Below, piece by piece: positions 50,537 through 59,618 of a stretch of DNA of 64,000 bases. Positions within the stretch are counted from its first letter, which is position 1, and each line of letters starts with the position of its first letter. A program made the position numbers and the translations under genes. Under the pieces are notes generated by a model. The model searched no databases and was not told the DNA's origin. It was given only the letters and a program-made list of their open reading frames with translations. Source of the stretch: an uncultured Clostridiaceae bacterium (GTDB taxonomy: Bacteria; Bacillota; Clostridia; TANB77; CAG-465); the NCBI GenBank assembly GCA_964653805.1, contig CAZZFS010000002.1, positions 81,768 to 145,767 on the forward strand. Reading direction: 5' to 3'.

Positions 50537-51049
50537 TTATTCTACTATTTCATAAGTTATATCATTTACATCTACTAAATCTTCTGTTATACTTGTTTTA
50601 ATATATTTTGTTGCATTTGCTGGTGTTTTTCCTGCTTGTGCTTCAATTTCTTTTTTAACACTTCCATCTGAATTCATTAATTTTATTTTTAATTTTATAT
50701 TTTCTTTTTCTGTACCATCATTAATAACTTTTGCTGTTATTGATGTAATCCCTTTTATATATACTATTTTTGTTTCTTCTATTGTTATATTCCCTACTTT
50801 TTTTGTTTGTGCTACTTTTGTACTTGTGTTTGTTTTACTTCCATCACTTGCTTCTTGAAAATTTGCTGGTGTTGATACTGATGTTACACTCCCAACTACA
50901 TCTTGCGAACTTTCTACTGTATTTTTGTTTTTAACAATAATCACAATTATTGCCATCACTATAATAATTACAATAGCAACTATTAAAATTGCTGTGTTTT
51001 TAGCGATTCCTCTTTTAAAATTTGTTTTTTTGTTTACATTTGTTCCCAT
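50537..51049 (-). CDS. Hypothetical membrane-anchored protein (paralog of 25591-26070)
   Basis: N-terminal TM helix (AILIVAIVIIIVMAIIVIIV). The C-terminal domain aligns without gaps to the 25591-26070 product. Confidence 0.6.
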   Translation of the reverse strand: MGTNVNKKTNFKRGIAKNTAILIVAIVIIIVMAIIVIIVKNKNTVESSQDVVGSVTSVSTPANFQEASDGSKTNTSTKVAQTKKVGNITIEETKIVYIKGITSITAKVINDGTEKENIKLKIKLMNSDGSVKKEIEAQAGKTPANATKYIKTSITEDLVDVNDITYEIVE

Positions 51050-51094
51050 ATATATATACCACTCCTTCTAATATTTTATACAAATATTAGAATA

Positions 51095-51123
51095 ATTTTA
51101 TATCATAATTCAACCTTTGTCAA
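51095..51123 (-). promoter_or_regulatory. Promoter of the 50537-51049 gene
   Basis: On the minus strand: TTGACA (51123-51118), 17 nt, TAAAAT (51100-51095). GAAGGAG RBS downstream. Confidence 0.6.
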
Positions 51124-51498
51124 TGGATTTTTCATCTGTAATTAATTTGTAATATTTTCGCAATATCATTGAAACAATATATATATATATATGTTATAAG
51201 TGTTATAATATACTTTTTGATATTTGTAACCAATAATATTACTTAATATCAAAAAAATAATCAAAAAAACTATATTCGTTTTATTTGTTTTTTATCTTCT
51301 CTTACAATTATATATTTTAAAATATAATTCCTGACCAAAATTCTAAATATTTACAAAATATTTTTGCTAAATTAAAATATAACATTATAGCAATTACAAT
51401 ATTAACCATCGTCACCAATAATAATAAAACTATCTAACCTTAATAAACAGAGATTTTTGATATATTTTATTAATATTATTATGTATAATTTAACAAAA

Positions 51499-51529
51499 AA
51501 AGTAACATATACTAAATATACGTTACTTT
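51499..51529 (-). terminator. Terminator after ppaC
   Basis: AAAGTAAC pairs with GTTACTTT, with T runs on both sides. It lies just after the stop at 51543. Confidence 0.55.
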
Positions 51530-51542
51530 ACGTTTTTTATTT

Positions 51543-52464
51543 TTAAGCTTCCTTAGTTAATATCGGTATAATTTGTTTTTTTCTAGAAACCACACCCTCT
51601 AAAAAAGCACTATTTTCAATTAATTTAACACTATATGCTTTTTCAACTATACTAGCTTTTTCACCAAATACAATTACTTGAGAATTACCATTTACAATAT
51701 CTGTTATTGCAAAAACAAATAAATCTAAATTTCTATCTTCTATTTCTTTTTTTATTTCTTCTTCAATATTTTCTTTTCTTTTCATTACATCATCTATTGA
51801 AACAGTATTTACTTGAGCTATAACAGTTTTTATTTCTTTTAACATAACTTCTTTAGCATCGATACCTAATAATTCTTTTTCAGAAAAGCTACTTAAATCT
51901 GTTCCGAGCTTTTAACATATCCATACCATAAATATTAATATCAATATCAACTAATTTTAACAATTCATTAGCAATTTCTTTATCTTCATTTGTACAAGTT
52001 GGAGATTTAAAAAGTAAAGTGTCAGAAATTATTGCACTTAACATTAAAACAGCATATTTTTTTTCTATTTCTAAATTATTTTCTTTATATAATTTATATA
52101 ACACTGTTGCTGTACATCCAACTGGCTCAGCACGATAATATAATGGTGAATCCGTTTTAAAATCAGATATTCTATGATGATCAATAACTTTTAAAATATT
52201 AGCATTTTCAATACCTTTTACACTTTGACTAAATTCATTATGATCTACAAGTATTACATTTTGACCTTCTACTACTTCTTCTAAAAATTCTGGTACATCT
52301 ATATTTAAATAATTTAAAACATACTCTGTTTCTTTATTTATTTTTCCCAAAACACAAGCTTTAGCTTCATTTCCTAATTTTTTTTCAATATCTGCCATAA
52401 CAATTGCAGATGTTGTAGTATCTGTATCAGGACTTTTATGTCCAAAAATCAAAATTTCTTTCAT
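51543..52464 (-). pseudogene. ppaC: Manganese-dependent (family II, DHH) inorganic pyrophosphatase, interrupted by a 1-nt frameshift
   Basis: The N-terminal ORF has HKSPDTDT, VDHNE and DHH motifs and ends ...DMLKARNRFK*. The next frame reads GTDLSSFSEKELLGIDAKEV...AQVNTV...GVVSRKKQIIP. The frames overlap at 51889-51911. Confidence 0.85.
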
Positions 52465-52514
52465 TTACTATTTCCCCTTCCAATTTATTATTTTATTTTT
52501 ATATTAAATATTTT

Positions 52515-53114
52515 TTACCACAATTTATTTTCTTGTTTATTTACTATTCTTTGAATATTTGCTCTATGCTTAAAAGCTACTATTAAACTTGAAATAATAA
52601 CCGCAACTAAATATTGTGGCATCATAACAATTGACATTATTAAATATAGTGCTAATCCACCAAGTGTTCCTACTGAAACAATTCTAGTTAGTAATAATAT
52701 TAAAACTCCAGCCACAATACAAACAATAGCTATTTGGCTATTAAGTAAAAATGCAGCTGTAATTCCAACAATAACACCTTTACCGCCTTTAAATTTGTAA
52801 TATATAGGATAACAATGTCCTATAACTACTGCAATTATAAAAACAGATTGTATAACAAAGATATTTTCATAATTCAAAATATCCATTAAAAATCCAACTA
52901 TTTTAAAACTTAATAAAACTTTTAAAATATCAAGCATTACAACAATTGTTCCAAGTACTCTACCGAGTACTCTCATTGCATTAGCTGTTCCAGCATTACC
53001 ACTACCTAATTTTCTAATATCTTCACCTGTTTTTCTTTTACAAATCTCTATTGCAGGATTAATACTACAAATAAGATACGTAACAAAAAAGATAATTATA
53101 ACATATACATTCAA
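52515..53114 (-). CDS. plsY: Glycerol-3-phosphate acyltransferase PlsY
   Basis: SGNAGTANA... and ...FKGGKG motifs. Polytopic membrane protein of 199 aa. Confidence 0.92.
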   Translation of the reverse strand: MNVYVIIIFFVTYLICSINPAIEICKRKTGEDIRKLGSGNAGTANAMRVLGRVLGTIVVMLDILKVLLSFKIVGFLMDILNYENIFVIQSVFIIAVVIGHCYPIYYKFKGGKGVIVGITAAFLLNSQIAIVCIVAGVLILLLTRIVSVGTLGGLALYLIMSIVMMPQYLVAVIISSLIVAFKHRANIQRIVNKQENKLW

Positions 53115-53130
53115 TTTAAAGCCTCCTTAT

Positions 53131-54453
53131 TTACTCTTTAGACTTTTCTCTAACAATCATACGTATAGGTGTTCCTTTAAAACCAAATTGTTTTCTAAGA
53201 TGATTTTCTATATATCTCAAATATGAAAAATGCATTATTTCTTTATTATTAACAAATATTACAAAAGTAGGTGGTCTTGTTGAAACTTGTGTCATATAAT
53301 AAACTTTTAATCTCTTACCTTTATCAGAAGGTGGTTGAGTTATAGCTATTGCCTGAGCTAATGTTTCATTAAGTAACCCTGTTGGTACTCTTAATGCATT
53401 TTGTTCATTTACTTCATTAACAACTTGGAAAATATTATTTACTCTTTGACCTGTTAAAGCAGAAATAAATATAATTGGAGCATAAGTTATAAAAGAAAAT
53501 TTTTCATATACTTTTTTCTTATATGCTTCAAAAGTATGATTTTCTTTTTCAATAGCGTCCCATTTATTTATTACTATTACAACACCTTTTCCTGCTTCAT
53601 GAGCAAGTCCAGCTATTTTTTCATCTTGTTCTGTAACTCCTTCAGTTGCATCAACTAAAATAAGGCATACATCTGCTCTATCTATAGCATGTTTTGCTTT
53701 TATTACCGAATATTTTTCAAGTTTTTCATAAACTTTACTTTTTCTTCTAATACCAGCAGTATCAATAAATATATACTCACCAAACTCATTTTTAAAAAAC
53801 GTATCTATAGCATCTCTTGTTGTTCCAGCTATATCTGAAACTATAACACGTTCTTCTTTAAGTATTTTATTTACAAGTGAAGATTTACCAACATTAGGTT
53901 TACCTATTATTGCAACTTTAATTGTATTTTCACTTTCAATTTCATTTTCTATTTTATCAAATTTATTATATATATCATCTAATAAATCACCAATACCTAA
54001 CCTTCTACCAGCAGATATTTCTATAGGATCACCTAAACCTAAACTATAAAATTCATATAATTCTTCTGGTGTTTGCCCTATTCTATCAGATTTATTACAA
54101 ACTAGTAAAACTGGTTTTCTAGTTCTTCTAAGTATTTGAGCTACTTCTTCATCTGATTGTGTAACTCCTTCTTTTAAATCAGTCATGAAAACAATTACAT
54201 CCGCTATATCCATAGCAAGTTCTGCTTGTCTTCTCATTTGTTTTAATATAATATCTTCTGACATTGGTTCAATACCACCAGTATCAATTATTTGAAACTT
54301 AGTATCTCTCCAAGAACAATCTGCATATATTCTATCTCTTGTAACACCAGGTGTGTTTTTTATTATCGCTATACTTTCTCCTGCAAAAACATTAAAAAGT
54401 GTAGATTTACCAACATTAGGTCTACCTACTATTGCAACTACTTTTTTACCCAT
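53131..54453 (-). CDS. der: Ribosome-biogenesis GTPase Der (EngA)
   Basis: Two tandem GTPase domains (GRPNVGKST and GKPNVGKSS, each followed by DTGG/DTAG and NKxD) plus a KH-like C-terminus. Confidence 0.95.
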   Translation of the reverse strand: MGKKVVAIVGRPNVGKSTLFNVFAGESIAIIKNTPGVTRDRIYADCSWRDTKFQIIDTGGIEPMSEDIILKQMRRQAELAMDIADVIVFMTDLKEGVTQSDEEVAQILRRTRKPVLLVCNKSDRIGQTPEELYEFYSLGLGDPIEISAGRRLGIGDLLDDIYNKFDKIENEIESENTIKVAIIGKPNVGKSSLVNKILKEERVIVSDIAGTTRDAIDTFFKNEFGEYIFIDTAGIRRKSKVYEKLEKYSVIKAKHAIDRADVCLILVDATEGVTEQDEKIAGLAHEAGKGVVIVINKWDAIEKENHTFEAYKKKVYEKFSFITYAPIIFISALTGQRVNNIFQVVNEVNEQNALRVPTGLLNETLAQAIAITQPPSDKGKRLKVYYMTQVSTRPPTFVIFVNNKEIMHFSYLRYIENHLRKQFGFKGTPIRMIVREKSKE

Positions 54454-54526
54454 TCTATTTCCTCACAATCTAAAATTTATTAAAATACATCTAATACTAT
54501 TAACAATTTTAATTCTACTACATTAC

Positions 54527-54555
54527 ATTTTAACATTTTTTTAACAAAAAGTCAA
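54527..54555 (-). promoter_or_regulatory. der promoter candidate
   Basis: On the minus strand: TTGACT (54555-54550), 17 nt, TAAAAT (54532-54527). Confidence 0.55.
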
Positions 54556-54601
54556 AACTTAAAGCAAAATTTCAACTCAAATTACCATAATCACATAAAA
54601 T

Positions 54602-54664
54602 CCTACCTCACTCGGGCTAACTTTGTAAAAAAAATATAATTTTTTTTACAAAGCCCCACCTAGC
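54602..54664. repeat. Dispersed hairpin element, copy 2
   Basis: Shares CCTACCT, GGGCTAACTTTGTAAAAAA and TTTTTTACA with 28330-28386. 14-bp hairpin at 54621-54653. Confidence 0.6.
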
Positions 54665-54668
54665 AATT

Positions 54669-54902
54669 TTATTTTTTATTTTGCTTTATTTCTTCTAATA
54701 TTTCTTTTGTTTTTTTATCTTTCGAAAAAAATTCTTTCGATATTAAACTTCTACTAATCAAATAACTTATTAATGTTGCAATAAGAAAAAAAATTGATAA
54801 ATATGGTTTTAGCTCTAATTTTGATGTATAAATTGTTATTGCAATTGTACATAATGCTAATATAATTGTTAAATAACTAGTTATTTTTGAAAAATTAAAC
54901 AT
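54669..54902 (-). CDS. Small two-TM membrane protein
   Basis: 77 aa from the ATG after AGGAG (MFNFSKITSYLTIILALCTIAITIY...). Two hydrophobic helices. Confidence 0.5.
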   Translation of the reverse strand: MFNFSKITSYLTIILALCTIAITIYTSKLELKPYLSIFFLIATLISYLISRSLISKEFFSKDKKTKEILEEIKQNKK

Positions 54903-54980
54903 ATCATTCTCCTTTTTATACAAAAAAACACAAGATTGTAATAATAATCAATCTTGCATTCATTTTAATTAGTATCTATT

Positions 54981-55460
54981 TTACAATTTTTTTATAGATA
55001 TAACTTTATATTTCTCTATTCCACCAGGAGTTTCTACATCTATAATTTCGCCTTTTTTCTTACCAATAAGAGCTTTTCCAACTGGTGATTCATTTGATAT
55101 AATATTATTTGCAATATCAACTTCTGTTGCACCTACTATACCATAAGCTATTTCTTCATCATATGTAAAATCATGTACAGTAACTAAAGTTCCTATACCT
55201 GCTTTTCTAGTAGATATTTCATCTTCTTCAACAATTTTAGCATGTCTTAATTTATTTTCTATTTCTAATATTTTTGATTCTAATAAAGCTTGTTCATTTT
55301 TAGCTTCATCATATTCAGAATTTTCAGATATATCACCAAATTCTCTTGCTATTTTTATTCTTTCAGCAACTTCCATCTTTCTTGGTCCTTTTAATATTTT
55401 TAATTCTTCTTCTAATTTATTATGTCCTTCTTCCGTTAGGATTATTTCTTTTTCTTCCAT
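54981..55460 (-). CDS. greA: Transcription elongation factor GreA
   Basis: The coiled-coil N-terminus with the DISENSEYDEAK acidic tip motif and the C-terminal FKBP-like domain are typical of GreA. Confidence 0.93.
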   Translation of the reverse strand: MEEKEIILTEEGHNKLEEELKILKGPRKMEVAERIKIAREFGDISENSEYDEAKNEQALLESKILEIENKLRHAKIVEEDEISTRKAGIGTLVTVHDFTYDEEIAYGIVGATEVDIANNIISNESPVGKALIGKKKGEIIDVETPGGIEKYKVISIKKL

Positions 55461-55525
55461 TTTAAATTCCTCCTTTTTTTATAATACATATATTATATAT
55501 TACCTGTCAAGTTTAAAGTTAATTA

Positions 55526-56383
55526 TTATTTTTTAACCATATTCGCTATAACACTTGATGTTCTTGTTCTATCTAGTTTTTTTAATAATAATTCTTTTAA
55601 TGTTTCACCTGTTAAATCTCTTGTTAACTTACCATCTTCTGCAAGCGATATTATACCTGTTTCTTCTGAAACAACAATTACTAAAGCATCTGATATTTCA
55701 GTTATACCTACAGCTGCCCTATGTCTTGTCCCTAAACTTTTTGGTACTGAAACCTCAGAAGCAAGTGGAAGTATACATTTAGCTGCTAAAATTTGTGTTT
55801 TAGAAATAACTACAGCACCATCATGTAATGGTGTTCTTGGCATAAATATATTTTGTAATAATTCACTAGAAATTTTTGAAGACATACCTATACCTTCTTT
55901 TAAAACTTCTGACACATTAGTAACTCTCTCAATTACAATTAACGCACCTATTTTTTTTAATGACATTATTTCTACTGCTTTTACAACCTCTGATATAGAA
56001 TGTTTAACCATTATGTTATCATCCATATCAAATACATCAACTATTTTACTTCTTCCCAACTTTTCAAAAACATTTCTAAGTTCAGGTTGAAAAACAACTA
56101 TAAGTAAAACTACACCATAAGTCATGAAATTAGTTAATATAAATTTAAGTATAACCATATTAAATACATTTGCAAGTATAACTAATCCAAGTATTAATAT
56201 AATACCTTTAAATATTTGCTCTGCTCTTGTTTGTTTTATAAATCTAAATATATAAAATGATATCATTGATACTATAACAATATCTATGATTAATATTATA
56301 ACTCTAAGTGGACTAGTTAAATCCAAAACTTCAGATGATCTGTATAAAAATTCTACTAAAGTATTCCATACTTGTTGAAACAT
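55526..56383 (-). CDS. cdaA: Diadenylate cyclase CdaA (DisA_N domain)
   Basis: Three N-terminal TM helices. DAC motifs DGAVVI and GTRHRAA. Confidence 0.9.
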   Translation of the reverse strand: MFQQVWNTLVEFLYRSSEVLDLTSPLRVIILIIDIVIVSMISFYIFRFIKQTRAEQIFKGIILILGLVILANVFNMVILKFILTNFMTYGVVLLIVVFQPELRNVFEKLGRSKIVDVFDMDDNIMVKHSISEVVKAVEIMSLKKIGALIVIERVTNVSEVLKEGIGMSSKISSELLQNIFMPRTPLHDGAVVISKTQILAAKCILPLASEVSVPKSLGTRHRAAVGITEISDALVIVVSEETGIISLAEDGKLTRDLTGETLKELLLKKLDRTRTSSVIANMVKK

Positions 56384-56396
56384 AATTATATCCCCC

Positions 56397-56507
56397 TTAA
56401 ACAGCGCTTTGAACAGCGTATATTAAAACAGAAAATACTGAACATACCATTCCAAAAATCAAAAAACCTACTAATAATACTTTTAAAATATTTTTTTTCT
56501 TATTCAT
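56397..56507 (-). CDS. Unlisted 36-aa membrane peptide between glyQS and cdaA
   Basis: My translation is MNKKKNILKVLLVGFLIFGMVCSVFSVLIYAVQSAV*. The AGAGGTGA RBS ends 5 nt before the ATG. 13-nt gaps to both neighbours. Confidence 0.45.
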   Translation of the reverse strand: MNKKKNILKVLLVGFLIFGMVCSVFSVLIYAVQSAV

Positions 56508-56520
56508 TTATTTCACCTCT

Positions 56521-57906
56521 TTAAAATTCAAATTTACCTTCAAACCAATTTTCTAAATCTTCTATTTTCACTCTAACTTGTTCCATTGAATCTCTTTCTC
56601 TAATAGTAACTGAGTTATCTGTTTCAGATTCAAAATCATAAGTTATTACATAAGGAGTTCCTATTTCATCTTGTCTTCTATATCTTTTACCAATACTTCC
56701 TGATAAATCCATATCCATATTATATTTTTTAGATAAAATTTCATAAACTTTATCCGCACCTTCAGATAATTTTTTTGAAAGTGGTAATACCGCTATTTTT
56801 ATAGGAGCAAGCGCAGGATGTAGTTTTAAAACAAGTCTTGTATCATCTTCTGATATAACTTCTTCTTCATATGCATTACAAAGAAAAGCAAGCGCTACTC
56901 TATCACAACCAAGTGATGGTTCTATACAATATGGCACATATTTTTCACCTGTTTCTAAATCTAAATAATTCATATCTTCTTTTGAAAATCCCATATGACT
57001 TTTTAAATCAAAATCAGTTCTGTCTGCTATTCCCCATAATTCACCAAAACCAAAAGGAAATCTAAATTCTATATCAGTTGTCGCATTACTATAATGTGAT
57101 AATTCTTCTTTTTCATGATCTCTTAATCTAATATTTTCTTCTTTCATTCCTAAATCATTTAAAAATTGTACTGCATAAGCTTTCCAATATTCAAACCATT
57201 TTAAATCTTCACCTGGTTTACAAAAAAATTCAAGTTCCATTTGTTCAAATTCTCTTGTTCTAAATGTAAAATTACCTGGTGTTATTTCGTTTCTAAACGA
57301 TTTACCTATTTGTCCAATACCAAATGGCATTTTCTTTCTAGTTGTTCTTGCTACATTTTTAAAATTAACAAAAATACCTTGAGCTGTTTCTGGTCTTAAA
57401 TATATTGTACTTAAAGAATCTTCTGTAACACCTTGAAAAGTTTTAAACATCAAATTAAATTTTCTAATATCAGTATAATTGTGTTTACCGCAACTTGGAC
57501 AACATATATTATATTCATTTAATATTGATATTAACTCTTCATTTGTCATTCCATCTGAAACTTTAATATCAACTTTATTATCAAAAGCAAATTCTTCTAT
57601 TATTTTATCTGCTCTAAATCTTTCTTTACATTCTTTACAATCTATTAAAGGATCAGAAAAACCACTTAAATGTCCTGATGCTTCCCAAGTTTTAGGATTC
57701 ATAAAAATTGCACTATCTAAACCAACATTTAATTTGTTTTCTTGAACAAATCTTTTCCACCATGCTTTTTTTACATTATTTTTATATTCAACACCTAAAG
57801 GACCATAATCCCAAGTATTAGCAAGTCCTCCATATATTTCAGAGCCAGGAAAAATAAATCCTCTTGCTTTGCATAAATTAACTATTTTTTCCATTGAATC
57901 TACCAT
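56521..57906 (-). CDS. glyQS: Glycine--tRNA ligase (homodimeric GlyQS type)
   Basis: The class II aaRS motifs, including N-terminal [26 protein letters not shown], are typical of GlyQS. Start set at the ATG 7 nt after GAGGAGG. Confidence 0.93.
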   Translation of the reverse strand: MVDSMEKIVNLCKARGFIFPGSEIYGGLANTWDYGPLGVEYKNNVKKAWWKRFVQENKLNVGLDSAIFMNPKTWEASGHLSGFSDPLIDCKECKERFRADKIIEEFAFDNKVDIKVSDGMTNEELISILNEYNICCPSCGKHNYTDIRKFNLMFKTFQGVTEDSLSTIYLRPETAQGIFVNFKNVARTTRKKMPFGIGQIGKSFRNEITPGNFTFRTREFEQMELEFFCKPGEDLKWFEYWKAYAVQFLNDLGMKEENIRLRDHEKEELSHYSNATTDIEFRFPFGFGELWGIADRTDFDLKSHMGFSKEDMNYLDLETGEKYVPYCIEPSLGCDRVALAFLCNAYEEEVISEDDTRLVLKLHPALAPIKIAVLPLSKKLSEGADKVYEILSKKYNMDMDLSGSIGKRYRRQDEIGTPYVITYDFESETDNSVTIRERDSMEQVRVKIEDLENWFEGKFEF

Positions 57907-57919
57907 TTTATTTCCTCCT

Positions 57920-58705
57920 CTATTCAATTATTATATCTAAAACACTATATTTTTTATCTACTAATTCACCTTCATTAAACACTATATGAAATTTAGATTC
58001 TTTAACATAAAAGTTTTCAAGTCCTGTTATTGTATATGAAAAATTACTTTCTGAAATCATTTTTTTAGAAACTACATATTCTTTAACAGTATCTTGTATC
58101 TTTGTTTTATAATCTTTACCTAATATTTCTAAAGCAACTGCTTCTTGAGTAGCTTCTTTTTTTGTAGCTAAATCAATATTATATGACTCTATTTTTTCAG
58201 TAGTATTTTTCTTTGCAGCGTCATCTGTTACTCTTTGATATAAAGTTAAAGATAATATCTTATCTACACCTACCATATTATCATAAGCACTATATGACAC
58301 CGTATATGTAAAACTATTAGTTGCAGAACTCATTTGAGATTTTAAACCAGCAAAAAGATCAGTGTATTTTTTTTCTATTTCAGCATTTTTTTCTGTTAAA
58401 GCTTCACCAGAAATATATATTTCTGGTACAGTTATATTACTTTTTATTTTTTTATTAGATTTATCTGAACTAGTTTTATCTTTAACTTCATATGAAATAG
58501 CAGCATTTTTTTGAGTTATCACTTCAGAACTTTCAGTATCTACAAGTCTTTGAACATCTGATTTTGTTTCACCAACAACCACTGGTTCTTGTTCTGAATT
58601 AATAGCCCAAAATATTATTCCACCACCTACTAATACAAAAAGTATTAATGCAATTATTGGTCCTTTTGAACTTTTTTTTGTTTCATTATATCTCATTGTT
58701 TCCAT
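57920..58705 (-). CDS. Hypothetical membrane-anchored protein
   Basis: N-terminal TM helix ([19 protein letters not shown]) plus a soluble domain. It lies between the P-loop/Asp23 gene and glyQS. Confidence 0.55.
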   Translation of the reverse strand: METMRYNETKKSSKGPIIALILFVLVGGGIIFWAINSEQEPVVVGETKSDVQRLVDTESSEVITQKNAAISYEVKDKTSSDKSNKKIKSNITVPEIYISGEALTEKNAEIEKKYTDLFAGLKSQMSSATNSFTYTVSYSAYDNMVGVDKILSLTLYQRVTDDAAKKNTTEKIESYNIDLATKKEATQEAVALEILGKDYKTKIQDTVKEYVVSKKMISESNFSYTITGLENFYVKESKFHIVFNEGELVDKKYSVLDIIIE

Positions 58706-58781
58706 TTTTTATCACCCTCACTAAGATAAATTTATTATATTATATATATTAACAACCTCTTTTTTTATTAAAATATAAAAT

Positions 58782-59606
58782 TTAATATTTTATTGATTTT
58801 ATATTGATATTTATTCCAAATAAATTAATCCCTGTACTTTTATCTATTGCCACTACACAAGTATTTTTCACACCTGAACTAATTTTAGGAATATTTACAC
58901 CAAATTTTATTTCTAAATCAACATCTAATTTCATTCCATCAATATATTTTTCAGTAGAAACATGCATAACTTTAGTTACACCTGGAACTTTTTCAACAAC
59001 ATGATGAATTATAGCATTTATTACATTATCTGATATATAATACTTACCTAAGTAGCTATATGTAGGCCTTATTATTGTTTTCTCAGTACTATCTATAACA
59101 TTAGTTCCGTTTTCTTTATTAGTAAATATATCAAATATTTTTAAAGAATCTAAAAAATATCCTGAAAATTGTTTTTTTATTTCAAATGTTGGAACTGGAA
59201 CAACATGTTTACCTTCATTAACCCTTGAATTTCTAGCTTTTTCAATTTGTTCTTGAGTAGTTATATCTTCTATATATATTCTTTTAAATATATCGCCTAA
59301 ATCTAAATTTTTAGCTATTTTTTCAACCATATTATCTGATGTACCAAGTATTAATAACTTATCTGGTTTTTCTTTTTTCAAAATTCTCTTCATTTCTTTA
59401 TTTGGAATTTCATTTAAAAAAATAGCCGACTTTACAGAAGCTATTTTACTAGCTTCTGTTTTAGCTGACTTGCCTGCTATTACTTTAGTACTTTTTATAA
59501 GTATTGCATCATCAATAATATAATCTATTGAGTTATCTTTTGCAACTTTTTGTGCATTATAACTTTTACCTGTTCCTGTTTTACCAATTAATGCGTATAA
59601 TTGCAT
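58782..59606 (-). CDS. P-loop NTPase N-terminal domain fused to an Asp23/Gls24-like C-terminal domain
   Basis: Walker A GKTGTGKS at residues 8-15. The C-terminus YYISDNVINAIIHHVVEKVPGVTKV...VDLEIKFGVNIPKISSGVKN matches the Asp23 pattern. Confidence 0.6.
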   Translation of the reverse strand: MQLYALIGKTGTGKSYNAQKVAKDNSIDYIIDDAILIKSTKVIAGKSAKTEASKIASVKSAIFLNEIPNKEMKRILKKEKPDKLLILGTSDNMVEKIAKNLDLGDIFKRIYIEDITTQEQIEKARNSRVNEGKHVVPVPTFEIKKQFSGYFLDSLKIFDIFTNKENGTNVIDSTEKTIIRPTYSYLGKYYISDNVINAIIHHVVEKVPGVTKVMHVSTEKYIDGMKLDVDLEIKFGVNIPKISSGVKNTCVVAIDKSTGINLFGININIKSIKY

Positions 59607-59618
59607 AATTAATTCACC

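Noticed and set aside
51177-51192. (AT)8 microsatellite
   Set aside because: A short dinucleotide run is expected by chance in DNA this AT-rich. Nothing else suggests a function beyond possible promoter-spacer length variation.
57907-58781. Possible T-box leader upstream of glyQS
   Set aside because: glyQS starts 13 nt after the preceding CDS and lies within the pnp-led gene run. There is no room for a ~200-nt T-box, and no specifier or T-box sequence is visible.
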